From the NCBI GenBank assembly GCA_049570475.1, contig CP186953.1, positions 1,376,001 to 1,440,000 of the forward strand: a stretch of DNA of 64,000 bases, in the 5' to 3' direction. The notes under the pieces were generated by a model, which ran no database searches, was not told the origin of the DNA, and saw only the letters and a list, made by a program, of their open reading frames with translations. The stretch is from Candidatus Methanosuratincola verstraetei (lineage in GTDB: Archaea; Thermoproteota; Methanomethylicia; Methanomethylicales; Methanomethylicaceae). Shown here piece by piece: positions 8,681 through 18,550 of the stretch. Every line of letters starts with the position of its first letter. Position 1 is the first letter of the stretch. A program made the translations under genes and the position numbers.

Positions 8681-9073
8681 ATGGATCCTATTGTATTTGC
8701 TGCGACCGAGGCACTCGTTGGCATGGGCGTCACGATACTGCTCCTTGGGCTTCTCGGAGCCATATTCTATGCAATAGGGAAGGTTGATCGCTGGATTACT
8801 GCATCCAAATCCCCGCCTGCGGAGGAAGTGGCACCCGCTCCCGCGTCTGCTGCTACCCCGGCCGGCGCGGCCACTCAAAATGCAGGCCTCGGGACAGCAG
8901 CGGCTGGTGAAGTCCCAGCTCAGGAGGAGGATCTTCCTTTCATAGCAGCTGGGGTCTACCTCTACCTAAGCGGCAACAGTCAAAGAGGATCAGGATCCAT
9001 GAAATCAGCTGACGAAAGGTGCAGGAAAGAGTGGAAGCGGAGCGCACGGCTCTGCTCGGTGGGGTTGAGATGA
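8681..9073 (+). CDS. Na+-translocating decarboxylase gamma/delta subunit (OadG/MmdD-like)
   Basis: N-terminal TM 'GMGVTILLLGLL', Ala/Pro linker, C-terminal 'WKRSAR'; operon with biotin carrier and beta subunit. Confidence 0.75.
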   Translation: MDPIVFAATEALVGMGVTILLLGLLGAIFYAIGKVDRWITASKSPPAEEVAPAPASAATPAGAATQNAGLGTAAAGEVPAQEEDLPFIAAGVYLYLSGNSQRGSGSMKSADERCRKEWKRSARLCSVGLR

Positions 9074-9576
9074 TGAAGTTCGTTATTACCGTCAATGGGG
9101 CAAGGAAGGAAGTTGAAGTCTCTCCAGAAGGGGGGAATCTGCTTAGCGTCAAGGTTAACGGGAAGGCTTATTCCGTGAAAGTAGATTCGTCCACGCAGGG
9201 CGGAGCCAGATCCGAAATGACCGGAAGCGCACCCGCCGCAGCTTTTCCCATAGGGGCAAACGGCGCTGCCGGTGTCGATCCTCTCCCCCCTGCTGCCTCC
9301 GCTCAAGCCCTCGTGACGCTCAGCGAAGAGCCGCTCGTCAAGCAAAAAAGCATCCGCGTCGTCAAGTCCCCGCTCCCAGGGGTAGTTTCCAGCGTAGAAG
9401 TTCGCCCCGGTCAGCGTGTCGAGAAGGGAACCCTCCTCATGTACATAGAGTCGATGAAGATGCTCAACGACATTGTCTCCCCTTCGAACGGGCGGGTAGC
9501 AGAGATCATGAAGAGCAGCGGGGAGACCGTAAACATAGGCGATCCGCTTCTCAAGCTCGAGGAAGACGGTGAGTGA
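9070..9576 (+). CDS. Biotin carboxyl carrier subunit (MmdC-like)
   Basis: 'KFVITVNG' N-terminus, 'VKSPLPGVV', biotinylation motif 'ESMKM'; ATGA overlap with upstream gene. Confidence 0.88.
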   Translation: MMKFVITVNGARKEVEVSPEGGNLLSVKVNGKAYSVKVDSSTQGGARSEMTGSAPAAAFPIGANGAAGVDPLPPAASAQALVTLSEEPLVKQKSIRVVKSPLPGVVSSVEVRPGQRVEKGTLLMYIESMKMLNDIVSPSNGRVAEIMKSSGETVNIGDPLLKLEEDGE

Positions 9577-10705
9577 TTTGCTCGACGAGGTCCTAGCAAA
9601 GATCCTTGAGTTCCTTGCAAGCAGCGGGTACTCCAACCTGACCTTGGGCAACTTGGTGATGATGGGCGTTGCCCTGCTCCTGATCTACCTGGCAGTTAAG
9701 AAGGAGTATGAGCCCCTGCTGCTGCTCCCGATAGGTTTCGGCGCATTGCTGGCTAACCTCCCGCTCAGCGGGATATCCGGCCCAGGCGGCTTCCTCTTTT
9801 ACATACACGAGTACCTCCTTAACACCGGAATAATACCGATCCTCATTTTCATCGGGATAGGCGCTATGACCGATTTCGGCCCACTGATCTCCAGCCCAAA
9901 GTCATTCATACTCGGCGCGGCTGCCCAGATCGGGATATTCCTGGCGCTCTTCTCTGCCATGGCCCTGGGGTTCAGCACCAGCGAGGCCGGTGCCATTGGC
10001 ATAATAGGCAGCGCAGACGGCCCGACCACAATCTACACCGCGTCCAAGCTTGCCCCGCAGCTGCTCGGCCCAGTCGCCGTAGCCGCCTACTCATACATGT
10101 CGCTCGTCCCTGTAATACAGCCGCCCGTGATCAGGCTCCTAACGACTAAGAAAGAGAGGTCGGTCAGGATGCCGCCCATCCTGCGTGAGGTCTCGAAGCG
10201 GGAGAAGATACTCTTCCCGGTGATAACCACGATCGTTGCCTGCCTTTTGGTCCCGACCGCGGCGCCGCTGATAGGTTCGTTGATGGCGGGCAACCTCCTG
10301 AGGGAATCCGGCGTGACAGACCGGCTCTCGAAGGCTGCCCAGAATGAGCTCATCAACCTTTCCACAATCCTGCTGGGGCTCGGGGTGGGCGGCACGATGG
10401 AGGCGGGAGCATTCCTGAACTACAGCACCTTGCTGATAATTGCATTGGGTGCCTTCGCCTTTGCGACCGCTACTGCAGGCGGGGTCCTTTTCGGGAAGCT
10501 CTTCTACGTGATCACCAAGGGGAAATACAACCCTATGATCGGCGCAGCCGGGGTCTCTGCAGTGCCCATGTCGGCTAGGGTGGTCCAGCGCATGGCATCC
10601 AAGGAGGATCCGGAGAACTTTCTGCTGATGCACGCCATGGGTCCCAATGTCGCCGGGGTCATCGGATCAGCGATAGTGGCGGGCATAATCATCTCCTTCG
10701 CATAG
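9569..10705 (+). CDS. oadB: Na+-translocating decarboxylase beta subunit
   Basis: 'YEPLLLLPIGFG', 'GAMTDFGPL', 'IGIIGSADGPT', 'GVSAVPMSARV', 'HAMGPNVAGVIGSA'. Confidence 0.95.
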   Translation: MSDLLDEVLAKILEFLASSGYSNLTLGNLVMMGVALLLIYLAVKKEYEPLLLLPIGFGALLANLPLSGISGPGGFLFYIHEYLLNTGIIPILIFIGIGAMTDFGPLISSPKSFILGAAAQIGIFLALFSAMALGFSTSEAGAIGIIGSADGPTTIYTASKLAPQLLGPVAVAAYSYMSLVPVIQPPVIRLLTTKKERSVRMPPILREVSKREKILFPVITTIVACLLVPTAAPLIGSLMAGNLLRESGVTDRLSKAAQNELINLSTILLGLGVGGTMEAGAFLNYSTLLIIALGAFAFATATAGGVLFGKLFYVITKGKYNPMIGAAGVSAVPMSARVVQRMASKEDPENFLLMHAMGPNVAGVIGSAIVAGIIISFA

Positions 10706-10836
10706 CGGTCTGATTGCGTCCCCCACTCATCTGGTCGATTCGGTGAGCGCCGCCATTTTTCTTGCTCAGGCGTGAAACAATAATTAGGGGGATCTCTCAT
10801 AGTCCTTTCAGGGGAAATGCCCCTGGTCGATGCTTG

Positions 10837-11235
10837 ATGCCATCAAGGCTTGAGGTAACGCTTGCCCTCTCGGACGAGATGCTGATAATTGCCCTTGCAG
10901 CAGCCGCAGTGATAGTTGCGCTCTCATCACTCGGGGTGATAGACCTTTTCTCTGCAATCGTAATCGGCGCTTTCCTCGCTGTATTCTTCGGAATCGTGTT
11001 CGTCAAGGTCTGGCAGGCGCAGGTGAGGAAGCCTGCGGTGGGGGCTGAGGCGCTGGTAGGCAGAAGCGGAACCGTTTCTGCAGACATTGATCCGGAAGGG
11101 ACAGTCTTTGTTGATGGCGCCTACTGGACCGCAAGGGCCCCTTACCCGATCCCCAAGGGCGAAGAGGTGGAGATCGTCGGGCACGAGGGCCTCATGCTTG
11201 ACGTGAGGCGAAAAGGCGATAAGGGAACGGGCTGA
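10837..11235 (+). CDS. NfeD family protein (short form)
   Basis: TM helices plus OB-fold 'GAEALVGRSGTV..DIDPEGTVFVDGAYWTAR'. Confidence 0.85.
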   Translation: MPSRLEVTLALSDEMLIIALAAAAVIVALSSLGVIDLFSAIVIGAFLAVFFGIVFVKVWQAQVRKPAVGAEALVGRSGTVSADIDPEGTVFVDGAYWTARAPYPIPKGEEVEIVGHEGLMLDVRRKGDKGTG

Positions 11236-11297
11236 TTGGAACGGAGCCCTGCAAATGCTTATTTGCTATCAAAGCCCCTCTTATTACGGTGTAAATT

Positions 11298-11714
11298 GTG
11301 ACCAGCCCAGCCTGCCCCCTCTGCAAAAAGCGGGGCATTCCAGTGGATAGGGCTACCGTGATTTGCCATGCGAAGGAATCGGCTTGGCCCATAGGCGATA
11401 ACCCATATCACATCTGCGAGAACCCTGGTTGCGAAGTCGTTTACTTCTCTTCCGGAGGGTGCTTGAAGAAGGCCGATGTTAAGACTAGGGTCACACTCAA
11501 GGAGAGCGGTCCGCCTCGCCCCCTTTGCTACTGCAAGCAGGTCACTGAAGAGGACGTTATCAGCGCGATCAAGCAAGGGGCAAAAACCGTGGAGGATGTA
11601 ATCGAGGCTACTGGGATCGGCGGTGGCGGCCTCTGCAAGTTCACAAACCCATACGGAAGGTGCTGCAGTCGGTATTATTTGCCATTCATAAAGAGGGCGC
11701 TGGAGAGCCAATAG
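11298..11714 (+). CDS. CopZ N-terminal-like Zn / BFD-like [2Fe-2S] protein
   Basis: CPLC, CENPGC-EVVYF, LCYC, C..TNPYGRCC. Confidence 0.8.
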   Translation: MTSPACPLCKKRGIPVDRATVICHAKESAWPIGDNPYHICENPGCEVVYFSSGGCLKKADVKTRVTLKESGPPRPLCYCKQVTEEDVISAIKQGAKTVEDVIEATGIGGGGLCKFTNPYGRCCSRYYLPFIKRALESQ

Positions 11715-11759
11715 AGCCAGAAACAACTAAGGCTTCTATCCGCGAAGTGAAATTCCGCG

Positions 11760-12764
11760 TCAGAACCGCCAGTAGTCCCTGTCCTCGTCATAAGTCGGCT
11801 TTTCCATGAGCTCAAGCGGGTATGGCTCAAGGAAGCTCTGCCTGAGCAGATAATCTATCCCGAACCTTATCGCGTAGGACCTCACCAGATTTACGCTCAC
11901 GATGAGAGGGGCCATCCCCTTCCTGTAGTTCTCCACCGCCTCTAAGAGGAATTTCCTCTCTCCTTCGTTCAGTTTCTGAGAGAAGTACCCGAACATGTGG
12001 TTCAGAACATTCACCACGCTGCCCCTCTTGGGAGGGCGGTAAAGCGCATTCTCGAGGGTCTCGCGGTAGACCCTGAACGCGTTCTCTATGCCTATCGCCT
12101 TCTGGTCGGCAACGACCTTGCCAAGCTTTCGCATTGCGCTTTGGCTATATGCCATCAGCAGGAATTTGTTGTTCGAATGGAACTCCACAAGGTCCGTGGC
12201 CCTCCCCCTGGCCTGCGCCTGACGGAAGGCAGCCAAGGTGAACAGCTTCGTCAGGAAGTGCTCCCTGATCAGCGGGTTTGACAGCCTTTCCTCGTCCTCC
12301 ACTGCGAGCCGGGGGAACCTCTCGAATACTGCACCCCCGAATATTCCCCTTCCCTTCTCTTTCACGTAGGGGCTGCCGATCCCTGAATAGATCTTCACAT
12401 TCTTGAGCCCGCAGGACGGGGATCCTCCTTTGAGTATGAAGCCGTCGATGCCGCTGAGCGACGACAGGAACGATTCGCAAAAGGCCTGCATCGCTTCGGT
12501 CAGGTCTTTCCCAGTCGCTGGCTGGACCAGCCGAAGCGTTCCTGAGCTGGGATCATGGACAACCCTTATCGGGTTCCTCGGGACCCCTAGCCCGATTTCT
12601 ACCTCTGGGCAGACGGGCATGAACTCCACGTGGCTTTGCAGCAAATTCACAAATTCATTCGAGATGATCTGGGCATTCCACCTGCAGTGCTCAAATCCGA
12701 GGCATTTGCTGACAACGACTCTTGGCCGGGCATGAACACCCATAAACAGCACAATCCTTTTCAT
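11760..12764 (-). CDS. DUF523 + DUF1722 (YbbK/YbgA-like) protein
   Basis: 'VSKCLGFEHCRWN', 'PVCPEVEIGLGVPR', 'KGGSPSCG', 'FHSNNKFLLMA', 'HMFGYF'. Confidence 0.88.
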   Translation of the reverse strand: MKRIVLFMGVHARPRVVVSKCLGFEHCRWNAQIISNEFVNLLQSHVEFMPVCPEVEIGLGVPRNPIRVVHDPSSGTLRLVQPATGKDLTEAMQAFCESFLSSLSGIDGFILKGGSPSCGLKNVKIYSGIGSPYVKEKGRGIFGGAVFERFPRLAVEDEERLSNPLIREHFLTKLFTLAAFRQAQARGRATDLVEFHSNNKFLLMAYSQSAMRKLGKVVADQKAIGIENAFRVYRETLENALYRPPKRGSVVNVLNHMFGYFSQKLNEGERKFLLEAVENYRKGMAPLIVSVNLVRSYAIRFGIDYLLRQSFLEPYPLELMEKPTYDEDRDYWRF

Positions 12765-12917
12765 GGCTGAAGGTCAGCTTGATCATCTTCTTGCGATCTG
12801 TGCTATAAATACTTGATTTGAACCACGATTCCTAATCAATGAAGCTGAATTCAAGTTTTATATATCCCAAATTTTTTGCCGAATACAGTTATATCCTTTT
12901 TCCGCGAGTAATTAATT

Positions 12918-13484
12918 ATGGTTGAGGAGCCCAGGTATAAGATCATAAAGAAATTGGGCGATGTGGAGATAAGGCGATACCCGCCTATCGTCGTGGCTAG
13001 GGCTGAGGGCACTGAAGATCCATTCAGCCTGCTCTTCGCTTACATCTCAGGGAAGAACAGGCAGAAGAAGAAGGTCTCGATGACAGTGCCCGTCATCTCG
13101 GAAAAAATTGCCATGACAGCACCGGTAATCTCGGACTCTAGCTCTATGTCGTTTGTACTCCCATCTTCATACACGCTCGAAACCGCGCCTGAGCCTCTGG
13201 ACAGCAGGATCAGGGTAATCCAAATGCCTGCCAGGACAATCGGGGTCATCCGTTTCTCCGGCAGATGGTCCCAGTCGAAGTTTGAAGAAAAGTCGGGGGA
13301 GCTCTTGGGCACCCTCTCGAAAGAGGGGATCAGGACCAAGGGCGAGATTTTTACGATGCTTTACAACCCGCCCTACACGCCTTGGTTCATGCGGAGGAAC
13401 GAGGTCGCTGTCGAGATAGACCCTGAATCCTTGGGCACCATCGATGCCGCCTTGATGTCCGGTCAAAGCTTGCCTGAAAAGTGA
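12918..13484 (+). CDS. SOUL heme-binding protein
   Basis: 'EIRRYP', 'LFAYISGKN', 'IAMTAPV', 'YNPPYTPWFMRRNEV'. Confidence 0.92.
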   Translation: MVEEPRYKIIKKLGDVEIRRYPPIVVARAEGTEDPFSLLFAYISGKNRQKKKVSMTVPVISEKIAMTAPVISDSSSMSFVLPSSYTLETAPEPLDSRIRVIQMPARTIGVIRFSGRWSQSKFEEKSGELLGTLSKEGIRTKGEIFTMLYNPPYTPWFMRRNEVAVEIDPESLGTIDAALMSGQSLPEK

Positions 13485-13514
13485 TGCGCTGGAGAATTGG
13501 AGCGTTATCTCCAC

Positions 13515-14054
13515 TCATGCGAGCTGGCTTCTCCCGTATTCCTCGTAGCTGACTATCTCCCCCATCTTTTTCTTGTTCCTCAGTATTGAAGTAATTGTGC
13601 CTGTCAGGCTGAAGCCATCCTTCGGGTACCCGACAGCTAGCATTGCGACAACCTCGTACCTGTCCGGTATCCTTAGGGTCTCCTTCACTCTGGATTCGTC
13701 GAAGCTACCGACCCAGCAAGTGCCGAGCTCCTCGCCCGTGGCTGCTATGACCATCGTCTGGAGCGCTATCGCGGTGTCGACCTTGTACCACTTGGGTGAA
13801 GCCTCCCTGTCGCCGCAACCCACTATAACCGCCGGGCATTCCTTGAGCATCCACGCGAACTTGCCGTGCGCCAGCTCTCTCCTCTTTTCCGGATCGGTGA
13901 CAACGATGAAGTGCCAGGGCTGCTTGTTCATTGCCGAGGGCGACAGCCTCCCAGCCTCGAGTATCCTGTTCAGCTTCTCCTGCGGGACTGGGTCTGGCAA
14001 GTAAGACCTGACGGACCTCCTCCTTAGAATCGCCTCGAAGACTTCCATATGCAC
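13515..14054 (-). CDS. Nitroreductase family protein
   Basis: 'RRSVRSY', 'SPSAMNKQPWHFIVV', 'LGTCWVG'. Confidence 0.92.
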   Translation of the reverse strand: MHMEVFEAILRRRSVRSYLPDPVPQEKLNRILEAGRLSPSAMNKQPWHFIVVTDPEKRRELAHGKFAWMLKECPAVIVGCGDREASPKWYKVDTAIALQTMVIAATGEELGTCWVGSFDESRVKETLRIPDRYEVVAMLAVGYPKDGFSLTGTITSILRNKKKMGEIVSYEEYGRSQLA

Positions 14055-14468
14055 CGATAAATGTTCTCAAGAAGGTGAATAAAAGCCCTTTCTGGGTTTT
14101 CAAAGCAGATAATCAATATGGGGCAAGCTAATAGCCACCTCAATCACAACCATAAAGTTGGCGACTCATCAAAAAAGGCAACTGATCCTAGGGAACGTCT
14201 AGATATTTGTTTCTTTAAACCTGTTGCCTTCTTGTTCTATCAAAAGAGGGTCTGACCTGATTGGAGTGATCACAGGGCGGAACATTCCGAATGGCTGTTT
14301 AATTCCTCGTTATGCGATTTGTTCATGTGCACCATCTGGGCTGTCTGTGGCGTATCGGTCTTGGTTGTGCCTACGGCCGGGCAGAAATTGAGCACAACAT
14401 GTTAAAATTCAAATATCGTAATATAGCGATGAATTTATTAAGTCCAATAAGGTAGTTGTCTTCAGGTA

Positions 14469-15188
14469 ATGGAAATGAAGCAAGATTATGCAGCAATGCA
14501 GGACAAATTGACCCAGGTGCTCGGCCTCAAGTTCCCCCCTGTCGCGGTGAGCCTCATCCGAAGGGCTTCGGACATACCCCAAGGCGTCATGGAGCTCGAT
14601 AAGCCGATGTTCTATTGCGCCATGGTCAAGCACGCGATGTTAGGAAACGTCTTCTTCGCCAGGGACTGTGCCCATGCCTGCAGGAGGGGTGCTGCGGCGC
14701 TCGGTCTCGCCAAGATCCCAGATGACGAGAGGACAGGCGAGTTCTACACCAACAAGTCGTCTTTCGGCTCGATGAGGGCCGCGACCAGGACTGTAACGCG
14801 GTCACCGCAGCTCGAGGCTGGCAGCATATATGCAACCTTGATGTCGCCGCTAGAGAAGGCCCCTATCGACCCTGATGTCGTGCTCATTGAGGCCCTGCCC
14901 AGGAGGGCTCTTGAGCTCGTGCACGCCTCGGTCTTCGAAAGTGGCGGCTGGATAGAGAGCATGGTTTCTGCGCCAAGGCAGGTTTGCGCTGCCTTGACCG
15001 TTAGGCCATATCTGGGCGACTTGAACGTCTCCTTTGCATGCGAGTCGGCTAGAATGGCAGCGAAGCCAGTCGGTCTTGAATACTCTGATGAAGGCGTTCT
15101 CGTGGGGGTGCCTGGCGACCAAATCGGCGAGGTCGTCAACAACATAGACAAGATAGGCTATGTCAAGCAGAGGGTTGCGAAGAAATAG
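14469..15188 (+). CDS. DUF169 family protein
   Basis: 'PPVAV', 'FYCAMV', 'CRRGAAALG', 'PDVVLI', 'SFACESAR'. Confidence 0.8.
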   Translation: MEMKQDYAAMQDKLTQVLGLKFPPVAVSLIRRASDIPQGVMELDKPMFYCAMVKHAMLGNVFFARDCAHACRRGAAALGLAKIPDDERTGEFYTNKSSFGSMRAATRTVTRSPQLEAGSIYATLMSPLEKAPIDPDVVLIEALPRRALELVHASVFESGGWIESMVSAPRQVCAALTVRPYLGDLNVSFACESARMAAKPVGLEYSDEGVLVGVPGDQIGEVVNNIDKIGYVKQRVAKK

Positions 15189-15210
15189 GCAAAAGGAGGT
15201 TGAAAAAAGT

Positions 15211-15624
15211 ATGGTTGATGAAAATGAGGGATCTGGTAAGGCTCCCAAGATACTCCCGCTCTGCTACAAGGTCGCAGATCATGAGAACATAATCTGGGTG
15301 TGCGATGGGGCTGCAAACGTCGGGCAGATTGGGCACGAGGTCGGCGTGCTCCTCACCAACATGGACAAGGCGAGGATGTGCTGCACAACCGCTGTGGCTG
15401 CAGGCTCGAAGCCCCATCTGGAGATTGCCGGAAAAGCCAAGAAGAACATAGTCATAGACGGCTGCGGCAACCGCTGCGCCTCCAAGGTGCTGGAGAAGGC
15501 TGGGGTCAAGATAGGGTACGCGATCGACATTTCGAAGTACCTGCAGAAGGTGCCGACGCTCGACATCTACCAGGCGGACGTGAAGCGCATAGCCGAGATT
15601 GTAATGAAAGAGGCAGGGCTCTGA
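15211..15624 (+). CDS. DGC-domain putative zinc-binding protein
   Basis: 'CDGAANVGQ', 'MCC', 'IDGCGNRC'. Confidence 0.85.
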   Translation: MVDENEGSGKAPKILPLCYKVADHENIIWVCDGAANVGQIGHEVGVLLTNMDKARMCCTTAVAAGSKPHLEIAGKAKKNIVIDGCGNRCASKVLEKAGVKIGYAIDISKYLQKVPTLDIYQADVKRIAEIVMKEAGL

Positions 15625-15641
15625 TCGCTGGGGGCGTAACT

Positions 15642-16682
15642 GTGCCCGATCCTCCAGGCTTGGGAAAAACAGGTGGAGCCGGCGCCCCTGCTGCGCCGCA
15701 GCCCGGCAAACGCCCCTCTGGCATTGAAAGGGTCGCTTCTTTCATTCAGAGGAACTATTCATACATGGTCTTTTCGATGGTCTTCCTAGGCATAGTGGCA
15801 GGCATTGCAGCACCCATGCATGTTCAGTCGCTCAAGCCGCTGATGCTCCCCCTAGTGAGCATAATGGTCTATGCGATGACGGTCACGATAAGGTTCAGGG
15901 AGCTCGTCCAAGTGACCAAAAAGCTCAAACAGATCACGCTGGGGCTGCTGCTGAACTTCATACTGCTGCCGCTTCTCTGCTTCTTCCTCGCGTTGGCGTT
16001 CCTATCATCGAGACCGGAGTGGGCAGCCGGCTTCATACTGATGGGGACAGTCCCTTGCGCGGGCATGAATGTGGTATGGACTGGGCTCCTGAAGGGGGAC
16101 GTCCCGCTTGCGCTGATCCTGGCAGCGCTCACAATGATCCTTGGGATAGTCACAATACCTGGGATAACCGCTCTCCTCGCCGGCGTTTACGTGAGCGTGA
16201 ATGCAGCAGATCTCCTCTGGTCGATCGCAACCGTCCTCGCAATCCCGCTCATCCTCGGCATCCTTACCCGCCAGGCGCTTGAGGCTAAGCTTGGGAAGTC
16301 CTTGCCGAAGTACCTGCCAGCCTTCCCGCCCGTCTCAGCAATCACGGCGATGATCCTGATGTTCTCCATGCTCGCAATAAACATGGCAATGGTGCCGGGC
16401 GACCTGTCCATAGTCGTGCTGTTGGTGCTCCCGCCCATCATCCTATTTCCAATAGCCTTCGGGCTCTCCCACCTGATATGCTCAAAAGTCCTCTGCCTGC
16501 CGCTCGGCGAGACAAATGCAATTGTCTACAGCTCTGGGATGAAGCACCTCCCGCTCGCCATGGGGATTGCCTTCGCCTCCTTCGGGGCCGGGGCAGCGCT
16601 CCCGATAGCAGTGTCCGCAGCGTTCCAGACGGTCAATGCCAGTGTCTTCTACAGGGTGTTCCAGCGCCTGGGCAGGGGTTAA
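15642..16682 (+). CDS. Acr3 / bile acid:Na+ symporter family transporter (probable arsenite efflux)
   Basis: About 10 TM; 'GTVPCAGMNVVWT' matches the Acr3 PC..M..VW motif; start placed at GTG 15642. Confidence 0.75.
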   Translation: MPDPPGLGKTGGAGAPAAPQPGKRPSGIERVASFIQRNYSYMVFSMVFLGIVAGIAAPMHVQSLKPLMLPLVSIMVYAMTVTIRFRELVQVTKKLKQITLGLLLNFILLPLLCFFLALAFLSSRPEWAAGFILMGTVPCAGMNVVWTGLLKGDVPLALILAALTMILGIVTIPGITALLAGVYVSVNAADLLWSIATVLAIPLILGILTRQALEAKLGKSLPKYLPAFPPVSAITAMILMFSMLAINMAMVPGDLSIVVLLVLPPIILFPIAFGLSHLICSKVLCLPLGETNAIVYSSGMKHLPLAMGIAFASFGAGAALPIAVSAAFQTVNASVFYRVFQRLGRG

Positions 16683-16828
16683 CGCCCCCATCTTGAGGGA
16701 TGCGGTGCAAAGGGAAATTGGGAGTTAGTTAGCCGGGGAAAATCAGCTTGATGAGAAAGCGGGGGAAGGAGGGCGAGCGGGATCCAATTCCTTGTTTCTC
16801 CGATTTATCTTGGATCCCGGATGGGGGC

Positions 16829-17587
16829 TCACTCCCTGAATTTCAGGTCTATCCTCCTGCCGATGTAAAGGAATGCTGCAGAGAAGCTGATGAGCAAAGC
16901 CGCGCTGAGTAGCGGATCGAACGCAGAAGCCCCTTCCAAGGCTAGCCTCATGAGGTCGTTGGCATAGGTGAGTGGCGAGAATGCGGATGCTACCTGCCCC
17001 CAGTACGGCAGCATTTCGATCTTTATGAAAATGCCGCTGATGAATATGAGGGGGAGCCTGATGAAGTTCAGTAGCAGCATCACGTCCCCTGGGTTCTCGC
17101 GCGGAAACATCGCGAGCATTATCCCGAGCATTGAGAAGCAGAAAGAAGCCAGAATAAGCCCGAGCAGCAGCCCGGGCAGGCTGATTATCTGTAAACCGAA
17201 GACCGGCAGGCATGCCGCAAGTATGATTGATCCAATTACGAGCCCGAATATGGCACCGCTGAGCACCTTGCCCACCATTACTGTGTATGGGGAGATGGGC
17301 GCGCACACGAGCCTGTCGTATGCCTTTATCCTCCTCTCCAAAGGCAGTGCCGAGGGCCCTATGGAGGAGGCGCTGAAGAAGACGGTTATGGAGACCAGGC
17401 CAGGGACTAGCGTAGCAACTGGCATCTCCCTGCCAACTGCGAAGGCGAAGAACATCGCGAAGGGGAAGAGTATTGCAAACATGAGCGTCGGCGCCTTCAG
17501 GTAATAGATCTTGATGTCTTTCTTGGCTATTGCCCATGCAGCCTCCAGCTCTTCGAGTAAAGCTGATTTCCTTGTGCATTGTGCCAT
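16829..17587 (-). CDS. ABC-2 type transporter permease
   Basis: 6 TM; 'PLIFISGIF', 'SPLTYAND'. Confidence 0.88.
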   Translation of the reverse strand: MAQCTRKSALLEELEAAWAIAKKDIKIYYLKAPTLMFAILFPFAMFFAFAVGREMPVATLVPGLVSITVFFSASSIGPSALPLERRIKAYDRLVCAPISPYTVMVGKVLSGAIFGLVIGSIILAACLPVFGLQIISLPGLLLGLILASFCFSMLGIMLAMFPRENPGDVMLLLNFIRLPLIFISGIFIKIEMLPYWGQVASAFSPLTYANDLMRLALEGASAFDPLLSAALLISFSAAFLYIGRRIDLKFRE

Positions 17588-18550
17588 CTACGATCTCCCC
17601 CCTGCTCCTGCTTGGGCTGTGCCTGTCAGGTTGATGAACACGTCCTCAAGGGTCGGCCCGAGCGTGTTGATTTCCAATATCCTGATCCCGTGACTGCGCG
17701 CATAGTCCCAGATGCCCTCCAAAGCGGCGGGCGGGTCTTCCGTGAAGAGCCTAAACCTGTGCCCTTCCTTGATCACCCGTCTTACCGATGGGATCTTGCC
17801 GAGTTCTGCCTCGCCCGTCTCAGCATCCTCTTCAAAGGAGACTTGGACAGACTGCGCGCTCTTTATTGTCCTCCTCAGGTTTTCTGGCCTGTCTATTGCG
17901 ATGATCTTTCCGTGGTTGATTATGGCTATCCTGTGGCACATCTGGTTCGCCTCCTCGATGTTGTGGGTAGTCAGGAAAACCGTGGTCCCCTTCCTGTTCT
18001 CCTCCTTGACAGCCTCCCTGATCACAATGTTGCTTTGGACATCGAGCCCTGCCGTTGGCTCATCGAGGAAAAGGAGCCGCGGGCTGTTGATCAGCGCCAT
18101 CGAGATCGCGATCCGCCTCTTCATCCCCTTCGAGAAGCCCCCGACCTTGTCATCCTTCCTTTCAGAGAGCCCGAACTTCTCCAGCAGCTCAAGCGCTTTA
18201 GCCTCCCTCTGCCTCTTTACCACGTGGTAGATCTCGCCCGCGAAGTTCAGGTTCTCCAAGGCAGAGAGCTCGGGGTATACATTCGACTCCTCCCAGACTA
18301 TCCCTACGCATCTCTTAGCCTCCTTAGCCTCCTTTCGGATGTCGTGCCCGAAGATTTTCGCCGTGCCCTCCGTCGGGGTCACGAGGCCCGTCAGCATGCT
18401 GATTGTCGTTGTCTTACCGGCCCCGTTCGGGCCCAAGAAACCGAATATCTCCCCCTCCTTCACTTCGAAGCTTATGTGGTCTACTGCAACAATCTCACCG
18501 TAGCGCTTCGTAAGCCCAGACAGCTCAACTGCGCTGGGCATCTGGACCAT
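17588..18550 (-). CDS. ABC transporter ATP-binding protein (DrrA-like)
   Basis: GPNGAGKT, FSKGMKRR, LFLDEPT. Confidence 0.95.
   Translation of the reverse strand: MVQMPSAVELSGLTKRYGEIVAVDHISFEVKEGEIFGFLGPNGAGKTTTISMLTGLVTPTEGTAKIFGHDIRKEAKEAKRCVGIVWEESNVYPELSALENLNFAGEIYHVVKRQREAKALELLEKFGLSERKDDKVGGFSKGMKRRIAISMALINSPRLLFLDEPTAGLDVQSNIVIREAVKEENRKGTTVFLTTHNIEEANQMCHRIAIINHGKIIAIDRPENLRRTIKSAQSVQVSFEEDAETGEAELGKIPSVRRVIKEGHRFRLFTEDPPAALEGIWDYARSHGIRILEINTLGPTLEDVFINLTGTAQAGAGGRS

Noticed and set aside
14060-14400. ncRNA or riboswitch in a long intergenic region
   Set aside because: No recognisable conserved structure or motif by eye; an Rfam/Infernal scan would be needed.
15300-15641. N-terminal 114-aa extension of the Acr3-like ORF
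   Set aside because: Overlaps the DGC gene in another frame; the real start is probably GTG 15642 or later.
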